Part shown: positions 14,715-33,289 of the stretch, piece after piece
Numbering within the stretch: the stretch's first letter is position 1
Layout of the letters: each line of letters begins with the position of its first letter
Assembly (NCBI RefSeq): GCF_009914755.1
Contig: NC_060928.1
DNA from: the human T2T-CHM13v2.0 reference genome, Homo sapiens
Reading direction: 5' to 3' (one strand)
DNA length: 64,000 nt
Made by a program: the position numbers and the translations under genes
Notes under the pieces: generated by a model
Told to the model about the DNA's origin: nothing
Database searches by the model: none
The model's input: only the letters and a program-made list of their open reading frames with translations

Positions 14715-16153
14715 GTAAGTGCAAAGACAATAATTGTAAGGAACACATAATTATTTGGATCTTTATCGTTTTTTAAAATTTCACACATGTGATCTTCCCT
14801 GTTTCCAACAATCCTGTGAGACGGATTGGCCAAACAATCTCTCCATTTTAAAATTGAGGAAACAATCTCCAAGTGGCTAAATGGTTTGAGTCAGGCTATA
14901 TAGGACTTGTAAATAATAAATTCATACATTTAATTCCATATAAAGCCTTGAATAAACTCATTACAATATGAAATGGGTATCCTAAAATTCAAATTTCAAC
15001 ACTGAATCATACATTAGTAGTATAATCCAAAATATCTCCCAACCACATTCCCACCTGATACACACACATTCACTCCTCTCTTTCTCTCTCTCTCTCTCTT
15101 ATTTAAAGCCTACAACTCTTAACTTCAGTTTCTAGAAAACCTTAAGTTAGAATTTTGATCTTTCTACTATGCCAGCACTATAATTTTCTTCTTTCCTTCT
15201 TTCAATCAGCCAGAAGAGGGAGAAATTTAACCTAGCATACATTATTCTTTTCAAATAGTTTGTGTGGTTTTCAAGTTTCAGTATTTAAAAAGATATTTTC
15301 TTAAAATATTAATAATTTCAGATTTTTATGTTGATAAAAGAAGTTTGTGTATAAAAGGGATTGAGTAAATACCAAGAGAAGAGACCCTAAGGCTGATTAA
15401 AGCTAAAAAAGTCTAGGTTTTCAATTCTAAGAAACTGTTCCTCTCATTCTTTCCAGCAAAAGGCCTAAAATACAGAGAAGTCCAAATGTCACCAGAAAAA
15501 TACCTACTTTTTTCCCAAGGTGTGGCCAATGTCAGCACATGAGAGCAGGCTATCTGGTCTAGCCTTATGCATTGCTTCTTGCATTGATAGTCAAGATGTT
15601 ATTGTGGAAACTGAAGCCAGTGTCACCTGATAACTCTTCTACTTAAAATGATAGCAAACACCAGCAAAATAATTTTGATTAGTCAACAGGTCTATTAACA
15701 ACTTAAAAGGGGTCCTAAACTGTTAAAAAATGTCAGGAATACAAAGGAAGACTAAGATGTGGTAACGCTTCTCAGGAAGAAAACTGGCATATGTAAATCA
15801 AGACATCTAGAATAATTAAGTCCTAAACGGAATGAAACTAACCGTAAGTGCAATCTAAGTTCATATCTGTGTAATAACCCTCACTGCCACAAAAGAATGA
15901 ATCTGTTTACTGAGCCCCATGTGTAAACCTCATATCAGTTTCTCCCTTAACATTTTCAGAGTATATCTGGGTTTAAAGACCAATCTTTACAAGGAGAGGA
16001 AGGAAACTTCAAACATAGCTACTCCAATCTTAATTGTATTACACTTACTGTCATGTCTCACAATTGATTCAAAATTATATAAGAGAATTTGACAGTTTTA
16101 TTGCTTTCTCCTCAACTTTGGACTCAGTGAACTGGATTATTTGTAGGTTATCC

Positions 16154-16444
16154 TTTTGGGACAGGGGGTAGTCTGGCTCTGTTGCCCAGGCTGGAGTGCA
16201 GTGCCGCAATCACTGCTCACTGTAGCCTCGACTTCCTGGGCTCAAGCAATCCTCACAAAACAGCCTCTGGAGTAGCTGGGACTACAGGCTCACACCACCA
16301 TGCCTAGCTGATTTTTGTATTTTTTGTACAGACGGGCTTGTGCCATTTTGCCCAAGCTGGTCTCAAACTTCTGAGCTCAAGTGATCTGTCTGCCTTGGCC
16401 TCCCAAAGTGCTGGAATTACAGGTGTGAGCCACCACCCCCAGCC
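16154..16444 (-). mobile_element. AluJb-like element
   Basis: Reverse Alu dimer (ctgtagcctcgacttcctgggctcaag); TSD tatttgtagg(t/a)tat at 16138-16151 and 16445-16458. Confidence 0.93.
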
Positions 16445-17475
16445 TATTTGTAGGATATTCTGCATGAAGTCAATAAAGGTTTTTGGTTACTGATGTTCAA
16501 ACCAACCTGCTATTTAATACCACTGCCAGAGGAAAAGCAGGTCACAAATTTTCCTGAGGAATCAGAAACAATTTATAGAGGCACATATTTCTTAGTAGCT
16601 TTGGAATGATGTAGATACTTGGTTCATACCATAGAAAATAAAATAGATATTTTTGAAAATTCTAACAATATGATGTAATTGTCCATAAATTAGGAATGGC
16701 ATCAAAAGAAAATTGACCTTAGTCTTGAAATATTATAAGAAAAAAACTTATTCTCAAGAATTAAATTAACTAATATCAATCTTTTAGCATAATTATCCAA
16801 GTTAATCTCTTCATATGAAATAGATAGGTCAATATGTTATACTTAGCCCCAGAAGATATATTTTGCAATGAATTCTTCTGAGAACCTGTACTAAGAAGCC
16901 ATGTGATGCAAAACAATCTTTAATATGAGGAAATGGAGCTTTTTATTTCTAGTGAAGGTGTGAAATGGTTTATCATGTCTTTGAAATATTTTCAGACCAA
17001 AATCATCTTAGCCCTAATTTTACAAGTGGAACTTCGGAGATTTGAGCAAACCTTCATTCAAATTCTGAAACACATTCAGAAATATTTCTTGAGCAAAATC
17101 CTTACTATGCTCACAAGTCTTGGTGCAGTTTCTCCATCTCACAAACAAATAAATATATGTGGAGCCTTGTCTGGGGCCTTAATTTTCACAGAGGAATGTC
17201 AACATCACCACATGTGTGTTGGATTCAAGTATTTGTAGCCAAGCATTTGTCTGTCTCTGGCTGTGTGAATATAAATGGACTTGACTCACACAAATAAAAA
17301 GTCTAAAAAATTAGAATGCAAGTGAGATACTAGAATAATATTTATACCATATATGACAATGAGTTTGCATCTTTGCTGTATGAAGAATTTTCAAGATGTG
17401 TTCTGAGATAGAAATGATAATAGTTTTAAGTGACACAACATTTCCAAAGGGCAATGTTGAGACATAATGATTATA

Positions 17476-17523
17476 TTAGGTTTGGTACAAAAGTAATTAC
17501 AGTTTTCACCATTAAAAGTAATA
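17476..17523 (+). mobile_element. Half of a MADE1 (Hsmar1-derived mariner MITE)
   Basis: ta-ttaggtttggtacaaaagtaattacagttttcaccattaaaagtaat matches one MADE1 terminal inverted repeat (TIR) plus the centre; the second TIR is absent. Confidence 0.8.
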
Positions 17524-17529
17524 ACATTA

Positions 17530-17767
17530 CTGTGTGTGTGTGTCTGTCTGTCTGTCTGTTCCATATGCTTAGTATGCACTAAATACACATTTTAGCTAAG
17601 TTCTATTGGCATCACAAACTAGACACACACATACACACGAGTAGATGATGTACGTGTGCTTCCAGAATTTTTTTCAAATCTTAGTTTATGGTTATAATGA
17701 GCAATTCCGATTTGGAACAAACCCAAATTCTGGTGGTCCCCTAAGTGCTTTGCTGAAAACACTGATT
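17530..17767 (+). repeat. Left arm of a ~240-bp inverted duplication
   Basis: Reverse complement aligns by hand to 19321-19570: about 16 substitutions in about 190 non-microsatellite positions, one 7-bp indel, and different GT/CA tract lengths. Confidence 0.95.
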
Positions 17768-17799
17768 ACTATTACTGATTACTATTAAAGTAATAGTTT

Positions 17800-18020
17800 A
17801 ATTAATAGTAACTTCTAACATTCATTGGATGCCAAGAAGAGTGCTTACTACACCTGTTTAATATCAAAGTAACGCTCACAGCAAACCCATGAAGAAGTTA
17901 TCATTGTAATCTCTAATTTCAGATCAACTGAAGCTCAGAGATATTAACTTGTTCAAAATCACAGAGACATGAAGTGGGAGAGCCAATATTCACATTCACA
18001 GAGTTGAACCCCAGAGCTTT
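17800..18020 (-). mobile_element. MIR SINE
   Basis: caactgaagctcagagatattaacttgttcaaaatcacag core. Confidence 0.65.
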
Positions 18021-18039
18021 CAAACTCTTTGTGACTTTT

Positions 18040-18490
18040 GACTCAGTCAAAATTTCTGTCATTTTCTAGAAAAATTTTCCAAGTAAATAATTAGGTATTC
18101 ATACACAAATATGATAAGAGCAGTAACCCTGATAACAGCAAAATCTTGGAGACAACATATGTCTAATATTAGATATTGTTTGAGTAAATTATGGTTACAC
18201 ATACAAGAATATGCAACCATTTAAAATTATTTCTCAAATAGTTTTTAAGGTCATGGAAAACAGTCACATATATTGCAATGTGAAAAGAAATACGTGACTA
18301 ACGGCTCACTTTTGTATATAAAGTTTTGTATTCATAGATAACAAAATGGTTAGAACAATAAGTATCAAAATGTTTATAGTTACTTCTAGCTAGAGAAATT
18401 ATAGATTTTCTTTTCTCTTTTTATAGATTTCTGTGTTTTCAACATTTTCTATAAACAACATTTATTGTATTTACTTTGTAAGTTGAAAAA
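18040..18490 (+). mobile_element. Ancient L1ME 3'-end fragment
   Basis: ataacagcaaaatcttggagacaac...gtaaattatggttacacatac...tatcaaaatgtttatagt motifs. Confidence 0.55.
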
Positions 18491-19320
18491 TTACATAAAT
18501 TTGTGATTTAGTCATAACCCTGTAAGCCCTTATTGTCCATCTATATTCATTCTATTTTTATCCTTTTGTTTCTACTATTTATTTTTTCTTATAATGCTTT
18601 ATATGTATTATAAGAAGGTTATAATGCTTTAAATGTATTATATTTATTTATTATATGTAGTTTACATATAATAGCTATATATTTATTTATTATATGTAGT
18701 GTATGTATAATCATTTATTTGTGTTTTTATTGTTAAATTTCTTAAATTCTAATGGAATCCAATATATGTATGGTAGCCTCTTCCGGAACCCCCATTACAT
18801 CCACTGCCAGATCTCAAACATATGAATAAACTAACCTACAAAATTGGATAGATGGTCCTTTTAAACCAAAACATAAACCCATTATACTGTGTTTTCATGT
18901 TTAATCCTGAATCAGCTGACCATTTTACATAAATTTTTACTAAAAAATTCATTTGATCTGAGAACATCTCCCAGAGCCTGGGACACATTTTCCCAATTCC
19001 TGCCTTGAAGTTTAGTATCAATATCATATATATGCTCTCTCAGAGACTTTGACATATCATAATATCTTTATACACAACTCATATATGTGCCATGCATTTG
19101 CATAGAAATGTCATACTTCTAAGAGCACTTTCACATGCATTGACTCAACTAATCCTCCTAAGACTACAACACAAGTATCACTGGACCAACTTAGATAAAA
19201 ATGTCATGATGGCTACTTATAGCTAATCCTTGAGGCTATTACCTTTTCTAACAGAAGCATGATACTTTACTTGCCAGCACTAATAGATGTGTCAATATTG
19301 AATCCATGTTATATGTTAAG

Positions 19321-19440
19321 AATCAATGTTTTCAGCAAAGCACCCCACCAGAATTTTGGTTTGTTCCAAATCAGCATTGTTCATCACAACCATGAACTAA
19401 GCTTTAAAAAAAATTCTGGAAGTACACATACATCATCTAC

Positions 19441-19479
<39 letters not shown>

Positions 19480-19570
19480 TAGTTTGTCATGCCAATAGAA
19501 CTTTGCTAAAATGTGTGTTTAGTGCATACTAAGCATATGGAACACACGCAACACACACAGACAGACACAG
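19321..19570 (-). repeat. Right arm of the inverted duplication; contains (TG)~18 at 19442-19478
   Basis: Pairs with 17530-17767; includes the perfect 27-bp match tttagtgcatactaagcatatggaaca. Confidence 0.95.
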
Positions 19571-22029
19571 ATTTTTCTTGTGGAGAATAATTAAGCTGAA
19601 GATGTGTTCTTTCTGGGGGATAAAAATGCAATTAAATGTCAAATCTTTCCTTTCAAAAGACAGAATAAATGTTCCTTTTTTAAAAAACTCCAGATGGTTA
19701 AATGTATGCTTTTGAAATTTTTCTGTTTGAAGATAATCTTTTTGCCTCACAATTCCCCTGAGACTCTTCTCTCCTTCAGTACTCTTTAACAGTTTTTTTC
19801 TCAGCCCTCAAACACTGTTCCAACTAAAGAGGATGTCCATTTCCTTTTCCTTCAAATTTCCTCTTCCATTGGTTTCCTCAATGACCCGCCCTTCTCTCTA
19901 ATGGCTCCCTGGCCAGCTTACATTCTAGAACTCCAACTGATTCAGCCCCTGTCATCTCTCTCTGCACTTGCACCATACACATATCTTTGAAAACACTAGT
20001 GACACAGCTTCTAGCAATACCTATCAGCCATGGAGGCATTTTTCTGAATTAGATTTTAGCTTCCCTCTTAATTTCTTCAGCTCTTACGTGCAATTAGGAA
20101 TCACAAATACAAAAATGAATTATACTTATTCCCTAACCCTAATCTACCTCACAAAGGTAGGTGCTACCTCACTTCATGGAGGTAATTCACAAACAATGAC
20201 CAAAGAACCAGAGAGCTATTTCAGCAGCAGGCTAATCAATATTATGAAAAATGGAGTGTTTGTGAAGAGGGAAAGACCTAGCTTAGTGTGATAGTAATCT
20301 AGTTAAAAATCCTCAAACTTGCAACAAAAGAGATTCCTCTACATTCTTCTAGCCATTTTTTTTCAGAAGGATATTCCACAAATCATTTTATGATAGGCTT
20401 TCTACTACAGACATCAAATGAAAGATTCTTGAATAAATATATGAACTCGAAGGTGTTGGCATTATGGATGTGTTTGATGCATCACATTTTAAGCTCGAGT
20501 TTCTGAAACATGTAAAAACGTCTAAGCCTGCCTGTGAAGGTGTCTATCTTATGAAAGTGGTCAGAAGTGTTGAAGCTCTCAACTCTTACTTTGAATTTGT
20601 ACAAAGCATTAACCATCACATTGAAAGATCCATAATTTAGCCTTTTTTTCTCTCACATGAGCTTAGCTTTGACTTTGCCAAAAAAGTGGGCCTTTTGCCT
20701 CTAAAAACAACAAGTGGTTGTATTCTGCATATTCTCTTCTTTCCTTGATGACACCCCTGATTGCATCTAACCTGCCAGCAGAGCTGGACTGGAAACAAGA
20801 GCTTTCATTTGGCCATGAGAACAAAGAACAATTGTTTCTGTTAAGCAGTGAAGTTTCTAATGCAGCCAGAGATTACAGAATAGAATCCTCATAAGGGAAG
20901 AAGAAAAAAATTCCCCATCACGTCAGCACTGTCAGTGACCAAAGCCATACGCCAATGTATGACCTATGGCCCTCAAAGCAGAGGAATATTTCTTCCTCTA
21001 TAAAGTGAGTGTTATTTGATTAAATGAATGTTTCTCTAATAAATAGCATACTTAAGGTCTTTCAAAAACCTCAGAACAACCGTCTTATCTGGAGCCAAAT
21101 AAAAGATATATTGGCAAAAACAAAACTTTCATCCAAATTAATAATGTCTTTATATATCCCTGTCCAGATCTGCATTGGCTCAAGAATTGGGAGGCATTTC
21201 CCCAGTAATCGTTCTGTAACCACTGAGTTTTCTAGCAAAACCAGCAGCCTCTGCATCGAGTGAGGTTCACAGGACCTATTTCTGAGGTTGTCTTTGTCTT
21301 CCTGTCCATTACCACTGTGTGATATTCATTAGTCAATCACAAAAGAGCAGATTATTTCACATGTCAGTACAAAGGCACTTTGGATCACACTTCAAATTAA
21401 AAAATAAAATACAACCTAACTTCCATAGAGGATATACACTTTCCCCTCCCCACTCTTTGCTTTGTATTGTTTTGTTTTTAATCTTCACCGTTCTTTTCTT
21501 TTTGAAATTGAATTTGTTGGCAGGGATAGACTATCTGCCTATTTTGAAAATGGCATTAGTAAAAAGCAAAACCCTAGTGATAGTTCAGAAGCTTGAATGA
21601 GTTGATCATCTTGGGCCATCACCTTCTGGGCACCATCCCAGATATAAAGTCATTGCTCATTTGGACACTAATTGCTATCCTTCTTGGTGGTTATTGGAGA
21701 ATTAACCAAGCAGATTACTCTTTCATCTTCCTATCTGAAACTTCCCCATATTACACCATCTCTGGTAAGGTAGTAAATGGGAAATTTTACTCCTTCTTGT
21801 CTTATAATATATGCCATAACAACTTGAAAGATTAACACTAATTAAACAGCAGTTACACTTCCACAATCTTTTAGTCTTCAATTTGAGCTAATTTATCTCT
21901 GAATTAAATAATAATTTGAAAAATAACAGCTATTTTTTATTCGACACTGACTCTGTTTACCTGCCTTTTCTAAGTGCTGTAAATATATAATTTAATCATA
22001 CAAAAACTTCATGAGGATTTATTTTTAGG

Positions 22030-22330
22030 GCATATTAATTAGGGTATAAGAAAGGTAGCAGTAATGAGACAGCCAAAGCGCAATGGCTCAGACAAGGCAA
22101 AGGTTAATTTGTCTTTTATAATGGACCCTGATTCCTGAGGTTGTCCAGGGACTCTGTGGTGGAGGCAGCTCTATCTCAACTGTGGTTTCCACTTCTGTAT
22201 CTAAAGTGACTGCTGCAGTTGTCACCATGATCCAGACAGGATGAAGTGGGAAATAGAAAGTACTGGGAAAGCAGTAGGCCTCTAAGAAGTACCTAGAAAG
22301 TTAACAAACATCACTTCCTGCAAACAAGCA
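22030..22330 (-). mobile_element. Old MLT1 (J/K-like) LTR fragment
   Basis: Weak similarity (caatggctcagacaag...gttgtccagggact...ctatctcaac). Confidence 0.4.
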
Positions 22331-22867
22331 GGATCTGGAGAGATTCACTAAGGCATTTTTGCACAAAGAGACTCCTTATTAATAGGGATGCTATGGATTG
22401 CAATGTATGGAAAATGCATGGTTGAGATAATTGCCATTTATCTGTGTAATCATGAGTAAAACACTGACCTCCTCTGGATTTCCATTTCTTTTGAAGTAAA
22501 ATTTAAAAGTTCAATGACATCATTTCCAAGGTGTCCTAAAGCTCTAAATTTCATGATTATGTTTAGAAACATGTGCATATAAAATAAAACTGATAATGTG
22601 CTATAGATTAGGAATTCAGAAGAACCAGAATTTTGTCCAGTTTGTCACAGAATGAGATTGGGAGAAGCTGTCCCTTTTGTTTGATTTTTACCATTTAATA
22701 GCCAACATTATCCAAAATGAGTTTCATATAACATTAATTCCATAAAATTCTCAGAGAAAAACAAAGGCAGTTCTATGATATTTTAATTGAAATACTTTTG
22801 GTTAAAAATGAAAAATAAAGAACTAGATTAAAAAAAGGGATAATGTCTATAAGGAATATAGAACGTC

Positions 22868-28852
<5,985 letters not shown>

Positions 28853-28867
28853 GGAATATAGAATGTC

Positions 28868-29215
28868 TTACAGAACCTAAATTCAGGAATATGATTGGAT
28901 TTGAGATGGCAAGACCCAAGGAGAAAAATGTTCTAAGGACTTTTTCTCTCTCTCTCTCCTTCCCACTTTATTCTTCTTTTTCTTGGTTAAAAAAAAAACA
29001 GCCTCCTTTCACTCCTATATGGCAAGAAAGGCTATTAACAGTTCTTGCATGTTATAATTCACCCAAAAACCAGGCACCCAAGCAAGATTGGCCCAATTTT
29101 CTTTCAGTTTCAAATTCAAAAATCTTGGAGAAAAGACTCATTGGCTCTTCTGGGTCAAGTTCTTTCTCAGGCAAAGTAGCAGAAGCAGGGTCACACTGTA
29201 ACATGGCTGCCCTCT
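28868..29215 (-). mobile_element. Old MLT1 (K/L-like) LTR remnant, probably the element into which the L1PA15/16 inserted (other part about 22810-22867)
   Basis: actagattaaaaaaaggg...|ttacagaacc...ctcattggctcttctgggtca...aacatggctgcc resembles MLT1 motifs. Confidence 0.45.
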
Positions 29216-29396
29216 GCAAGCAAGAAGTAATCCGACAAACTTAGAGACTACTATGCAAACATAGAAAATGCTGCTTTACTATAAGCCTTTCTTAGAGAGG
29301 AACAAAGCATACTGGCAAAATTAAAGCAATCAAAATCCTAAGATTAACTGTTTAAATTCATGTTCCACAACAAATTTAATAAATTTTCAAAAAACT

Positions 29397-29475
29397 ACTC
29401 ACACACACACACACATACACATGTGTGCACAGATAGTTATATATATATATTTATTTATTTATATTTTTATATATA
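29397..29475. repeat. (CA)n/(TA)n low-complexity tract
   Basis: Read directly. Confidence 0.85.
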
Positions 29476-30136
29476 ATACATTTGAATGGATAATATATAC
29501 AATGCATTTTAAAAGCTTTCCCTGGAAATTAATTTGTGTCACTATTCCAACTGAATTTACTTTATAACAGTCACTCAGTGGATCATTAACATTATCAAAT
29601 AGCTTGTATGCTTTCATATTAACAGTTTGCATACCCTGGGAACCCAATAAAAAGTGAGTTAACCCTCTGAACATTTTGAAATCTGGAACAACTAGAACAC
29701 ACCACAATCAGGTTTGTTAGATAGAGTCATACCATGAAGAATAACTACTTCACACAAGCAATAAGGTTAGAAAAAGTTAAGATCTCTCCTCTAAAATTTG
29801 CTGTGGGAAGATATCCTCTGCATTGAAAATAGTATTTACTAACAAACAAATTATGATAAAGCATTGCCTCTTCCTAAAATAACGTGTAGTTCAGAACACT
29901 GTGATAAACGACATGATTGGTACTTAATTGGTGCTGTAGTAGGCTTGAAAGCAGAAAGGAGGGATCACTACCTGGTTGGGCATGAAGGAAAAGCCTTAAG
30001 GACTTTATTAGGCAAACAGTGGAAGCACTCTATGGTGGAATTCTGAGATTAGGAAAAAATACATATGAAGGCAAAAAGCTTGAGGACACATCCTGGCATA
30101 GATATATTATATAAATAAACAATAAGTTACAGTATA

Positions 30137-32431
30137 TGATATGGTTTGAATCTGTGTGCCCACCCAAATCTCATGTCAAACTGCAATCCCCAACGCTGGA
30201 GATGAGGCCTTCTGCTCAAACCCTGTGATGTCCTGGCTTCCCCTTCACCTTCCACCATGACTGTAGGTTTCCCAAGGTCTCCCCGGAAGCCACTATGCTT
30301 TCTGCACAGCTTGCAGAACCATAAGCCCATGAAACCTCTTTTCTTTATAAATTAACCAGTCTCAAGTATTTCTTGGTAGCAATGCAAGAAGGGACTAATA
30401 CAGAAAACTGGTACCAAAGAGCGGGGCATTGCTATAAGGAAACCTGAAAATGGGGAAGCAGCTTTGGATCTGGGTAACAAGCAGAGGTTAGAACAATTTG
30501 GAGGGCTCAAAAGAACAAAGCAAGATGAGGGAAAGTTCGGAACTTCTTAGATACTTGTTAAATAATTGTGACCAAAATGCTGAGAGTGATATGAACAGTG
30601 AAGTCCAGGCTGATGAGGTCTCAGATGGAAATGAGGAACTTATTGGGAACTGGAGTAAAGGTCACTTTTGCTATGCTTTAGCAGAGACTAGCAGTATTGT
30701 GCCCCTGTTCCAAGGATCTGTAGAATTTGAACTTGAGAGATGATTTAGGTTATCTGGTGGAAGGAATTTCTAAGCAATAAAGTATTCACGAGGTGGCCTG
30801 GGATGCTTCTAACAACCTATGCTCATATGTGTGAACAAATAAATGACCTGAAACTAGAACTTATATTTAAAAGGAAGCAGAATGTAAAAGTTTGGAAAAT
30901 TTACAGCCTGGCCTTGCAGTAGAAAAGAAAAGCCCACTTTCTGGGGAGGACTTCAAGCAGGATGTAGAAATTTGCATAAGTAAAGAGGTGCCAAGAGCTG
31001 ACAGCCAATACAATGAAAAATGGCCTCCAAGGCATTTCAGAGACCTTTGAGGTCACCCCTCCCATCACAGGCCCAGAGGCCTCAGAGGGAAGAATATTTC
31101 CTGGGCCAGACTCAGGATCCTGCTGCCCTGCCCAGTCTTGAGACATTGTTCCCTACATCCTAGCCACTCCAGCTCCACCCATGGCTCATAGGGGTGCAGG
31201 TACAGCTCAAGCCACTGCTTCAGAGGGTGCCAGTCCTAAGCCTTGGTGGTTTCCACATGGTGTTAAGCCTTCAGGTGCACAGAGTGCAAGATTTGGGGCT
31301 TGGGAGCCTCTACCTAGATTTCTGAGGATGTATGGAAAATCCTAGATGTAAAGGCAGAAGCCTGCTGCAGGGGCAGAGCCCTCACAGAGAACCTCTACTA
31401 GGGCAGTGCAGAGGGAAAACATTGGTTCGGAATTCCCACACAGAGTTCCCACTGGGGCACTGCCTAGTGGAGCTGTGAGAAGAGGGCCACCATCCTCCAT
31501 ACCCCAGAATGGTAGATCCACTGGTAGCTGGAACTCTTAGCCTGGAAGAGCTGCAGGCACTCAATGTCACCCCAGGAGAGTAGCTGTGGGGGCTGAATCC
31601 TGCAAAGTCACAGGGTTGGAGCTGCACAAGGAGCTGCACAAGCTGCACAGGGTTGGAGGCCCACCCCTTGCATCAGTGTGCCCTGGATGTGAGACAAGGA
31701 GTCAAAGGAGATTATTTTTGGGCTTTAGGATTTAATGGCTACCCTGCTGGGTTTCAGACTTTCATGGGGCCTGTAGCCCCTTTCTTTTGGCCAATTTCTC
31801 TCTTTTGGAACGGGAATATTTACTCAATGCCTATACTTCTATTGTGTCTTGTAAGTAACTAACTTGTTTCTGATTTTACATGGTCATAGGTGGAGGGGAC
31901 TTGCCTTGTCTCAGATGAAACTTTGGACTTTTGACTTTTTAGTTAACACTGGGATAAGTTAAGACTTTGGTGTACTGTTGGGAAAGCATGATTGTATATT
32001 GCAAAATGAGAAGGACATGAGATTTTTGAGGGACTAGAGGCTGAATGATACAATTTGGATCTGTGCCTCTGCCCAAATCTCATGTTGAATTGTAATCCCC
32101 AATGTTAGAGGTGGGATCTGGTGGGAGGTGACTGGATATCAAGGGTGGATTTCCCTCCCAGTTCTGCTCTCATAATAGTGAGGGAGTGCTCACAAGATCT
32201 GGTTGTTTAAAAGTGTATGGTACCTCCCCACTCTCTTCCTTCTGCTCTGGCCATGTGAAATCCTCACTTCCCCTTCACCTTCCACCATGATTATAAGTTT
32301 CTGAAGCCTCCCCAGAAGCCACTATGCTTCCTGTATTGCCTGCAGAACCATGAGCTAATTAAACCTCTTTTTTTAAAATAAATTACTCAGTGTCAGGTAT
32401 TTCTTTATAGCAATGGGAATGAACTAACACA
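30137..32431 (+). mobile_element. Complete MSTA MaLR provirus (5' LTR 30137-30402 with an internal deletion, internal 30403-32045, 3' LTR 32046-32431)
   Basis: Paired LTRs tgata...cta(at/ac)aca; MaLR internal region homologous to the THE1 internal region at 2824-4381; 5-bp TSD gtata at 30132-30136 and 32432-32436. Confidence 0.95.
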
Positions 32432-32682
32432 GTATATGACTGGAAGTAATATCAAGTTGAGGGTAAAAGGCAATTATGTCTGAATGCTAATTTAAGAATT
32501 TAAACTTTATCTTACATGCAGCTAGAAGACTTCGATATTTTTTATCTCCTTTGTTTTCTGCTTTTATTTTTGACAAAGAAATGTTTTCTTCAAAGTACTT
32601 CAAAACATTAAGGAATCAGTGATGTACTGAAAAATGTATGATGCACAAGCAAGAGAAAAGCAGTTAGTCTCCTCCTCCTTGA

Positions 32683-33175
32683 TGTGGCAGATTACATTTT
32701 CCAAAGATGACTACAACAATATCCCCCACTCCACACCGTGTTTCTACAATGTGACATTGACATTCCTCCCATCAATTGGTGGGGTCTATCCCCTTACCCT
32801 TGAAGCAGAGTGGATTTTTGTGACTGCATAGTGTGATAGAGTACAACAGAATTGATAGTACCTGACTTCCAAAACTAGATCATAAAATGCTAAGTACTTC
32901 TATCTTGCTGTGTTGGGAAGGTAGCTCTAGAAATCTAATTACCATGCTGTGAAATGCAGTCTGAGAGCTCACTTGAAAAGGCCACTGTACATGTAGGTCT
33001 TCCAGCTGACAGCCCAACTAAGGTGTCAGCCAACAGCCAGCATCAACTCTCAGACATGTAAGAGTAGATACCTCCAGATGTCCCAAGATTCTAGCCATAA
33101 AAATATCCTCTGTCTTCAAGTCTTCCCAGCTGAGGCCACAAACACTGTAAACTAGAAACAAACCGAATCTTCTGA
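32683..33175 (+). mobile_element. MLT1G/H-like LTR
   Basis: Starts tgtggcagatta; contains tgacttccaaaactagatcataaaa and gccaacagccagcatcaact. Confidence 0.75.
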
Positions 33176-33289
33176 ACAATTGCTTGAACTAGGAAGTTCT
33201 CTGGGGCCAAACGATGTTTCCAGTGAGGGACAGAGTTGTGAAACATCAGCTTGGGAATCTGGGTGGAGAATTCACTGCAGTCTAGACCT

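Noticed and set aside
31618-31651. Short gagctgcacaa triplication in the MSTA internal region
   Set aside because: Ordinary slippage duplication in a dead element.
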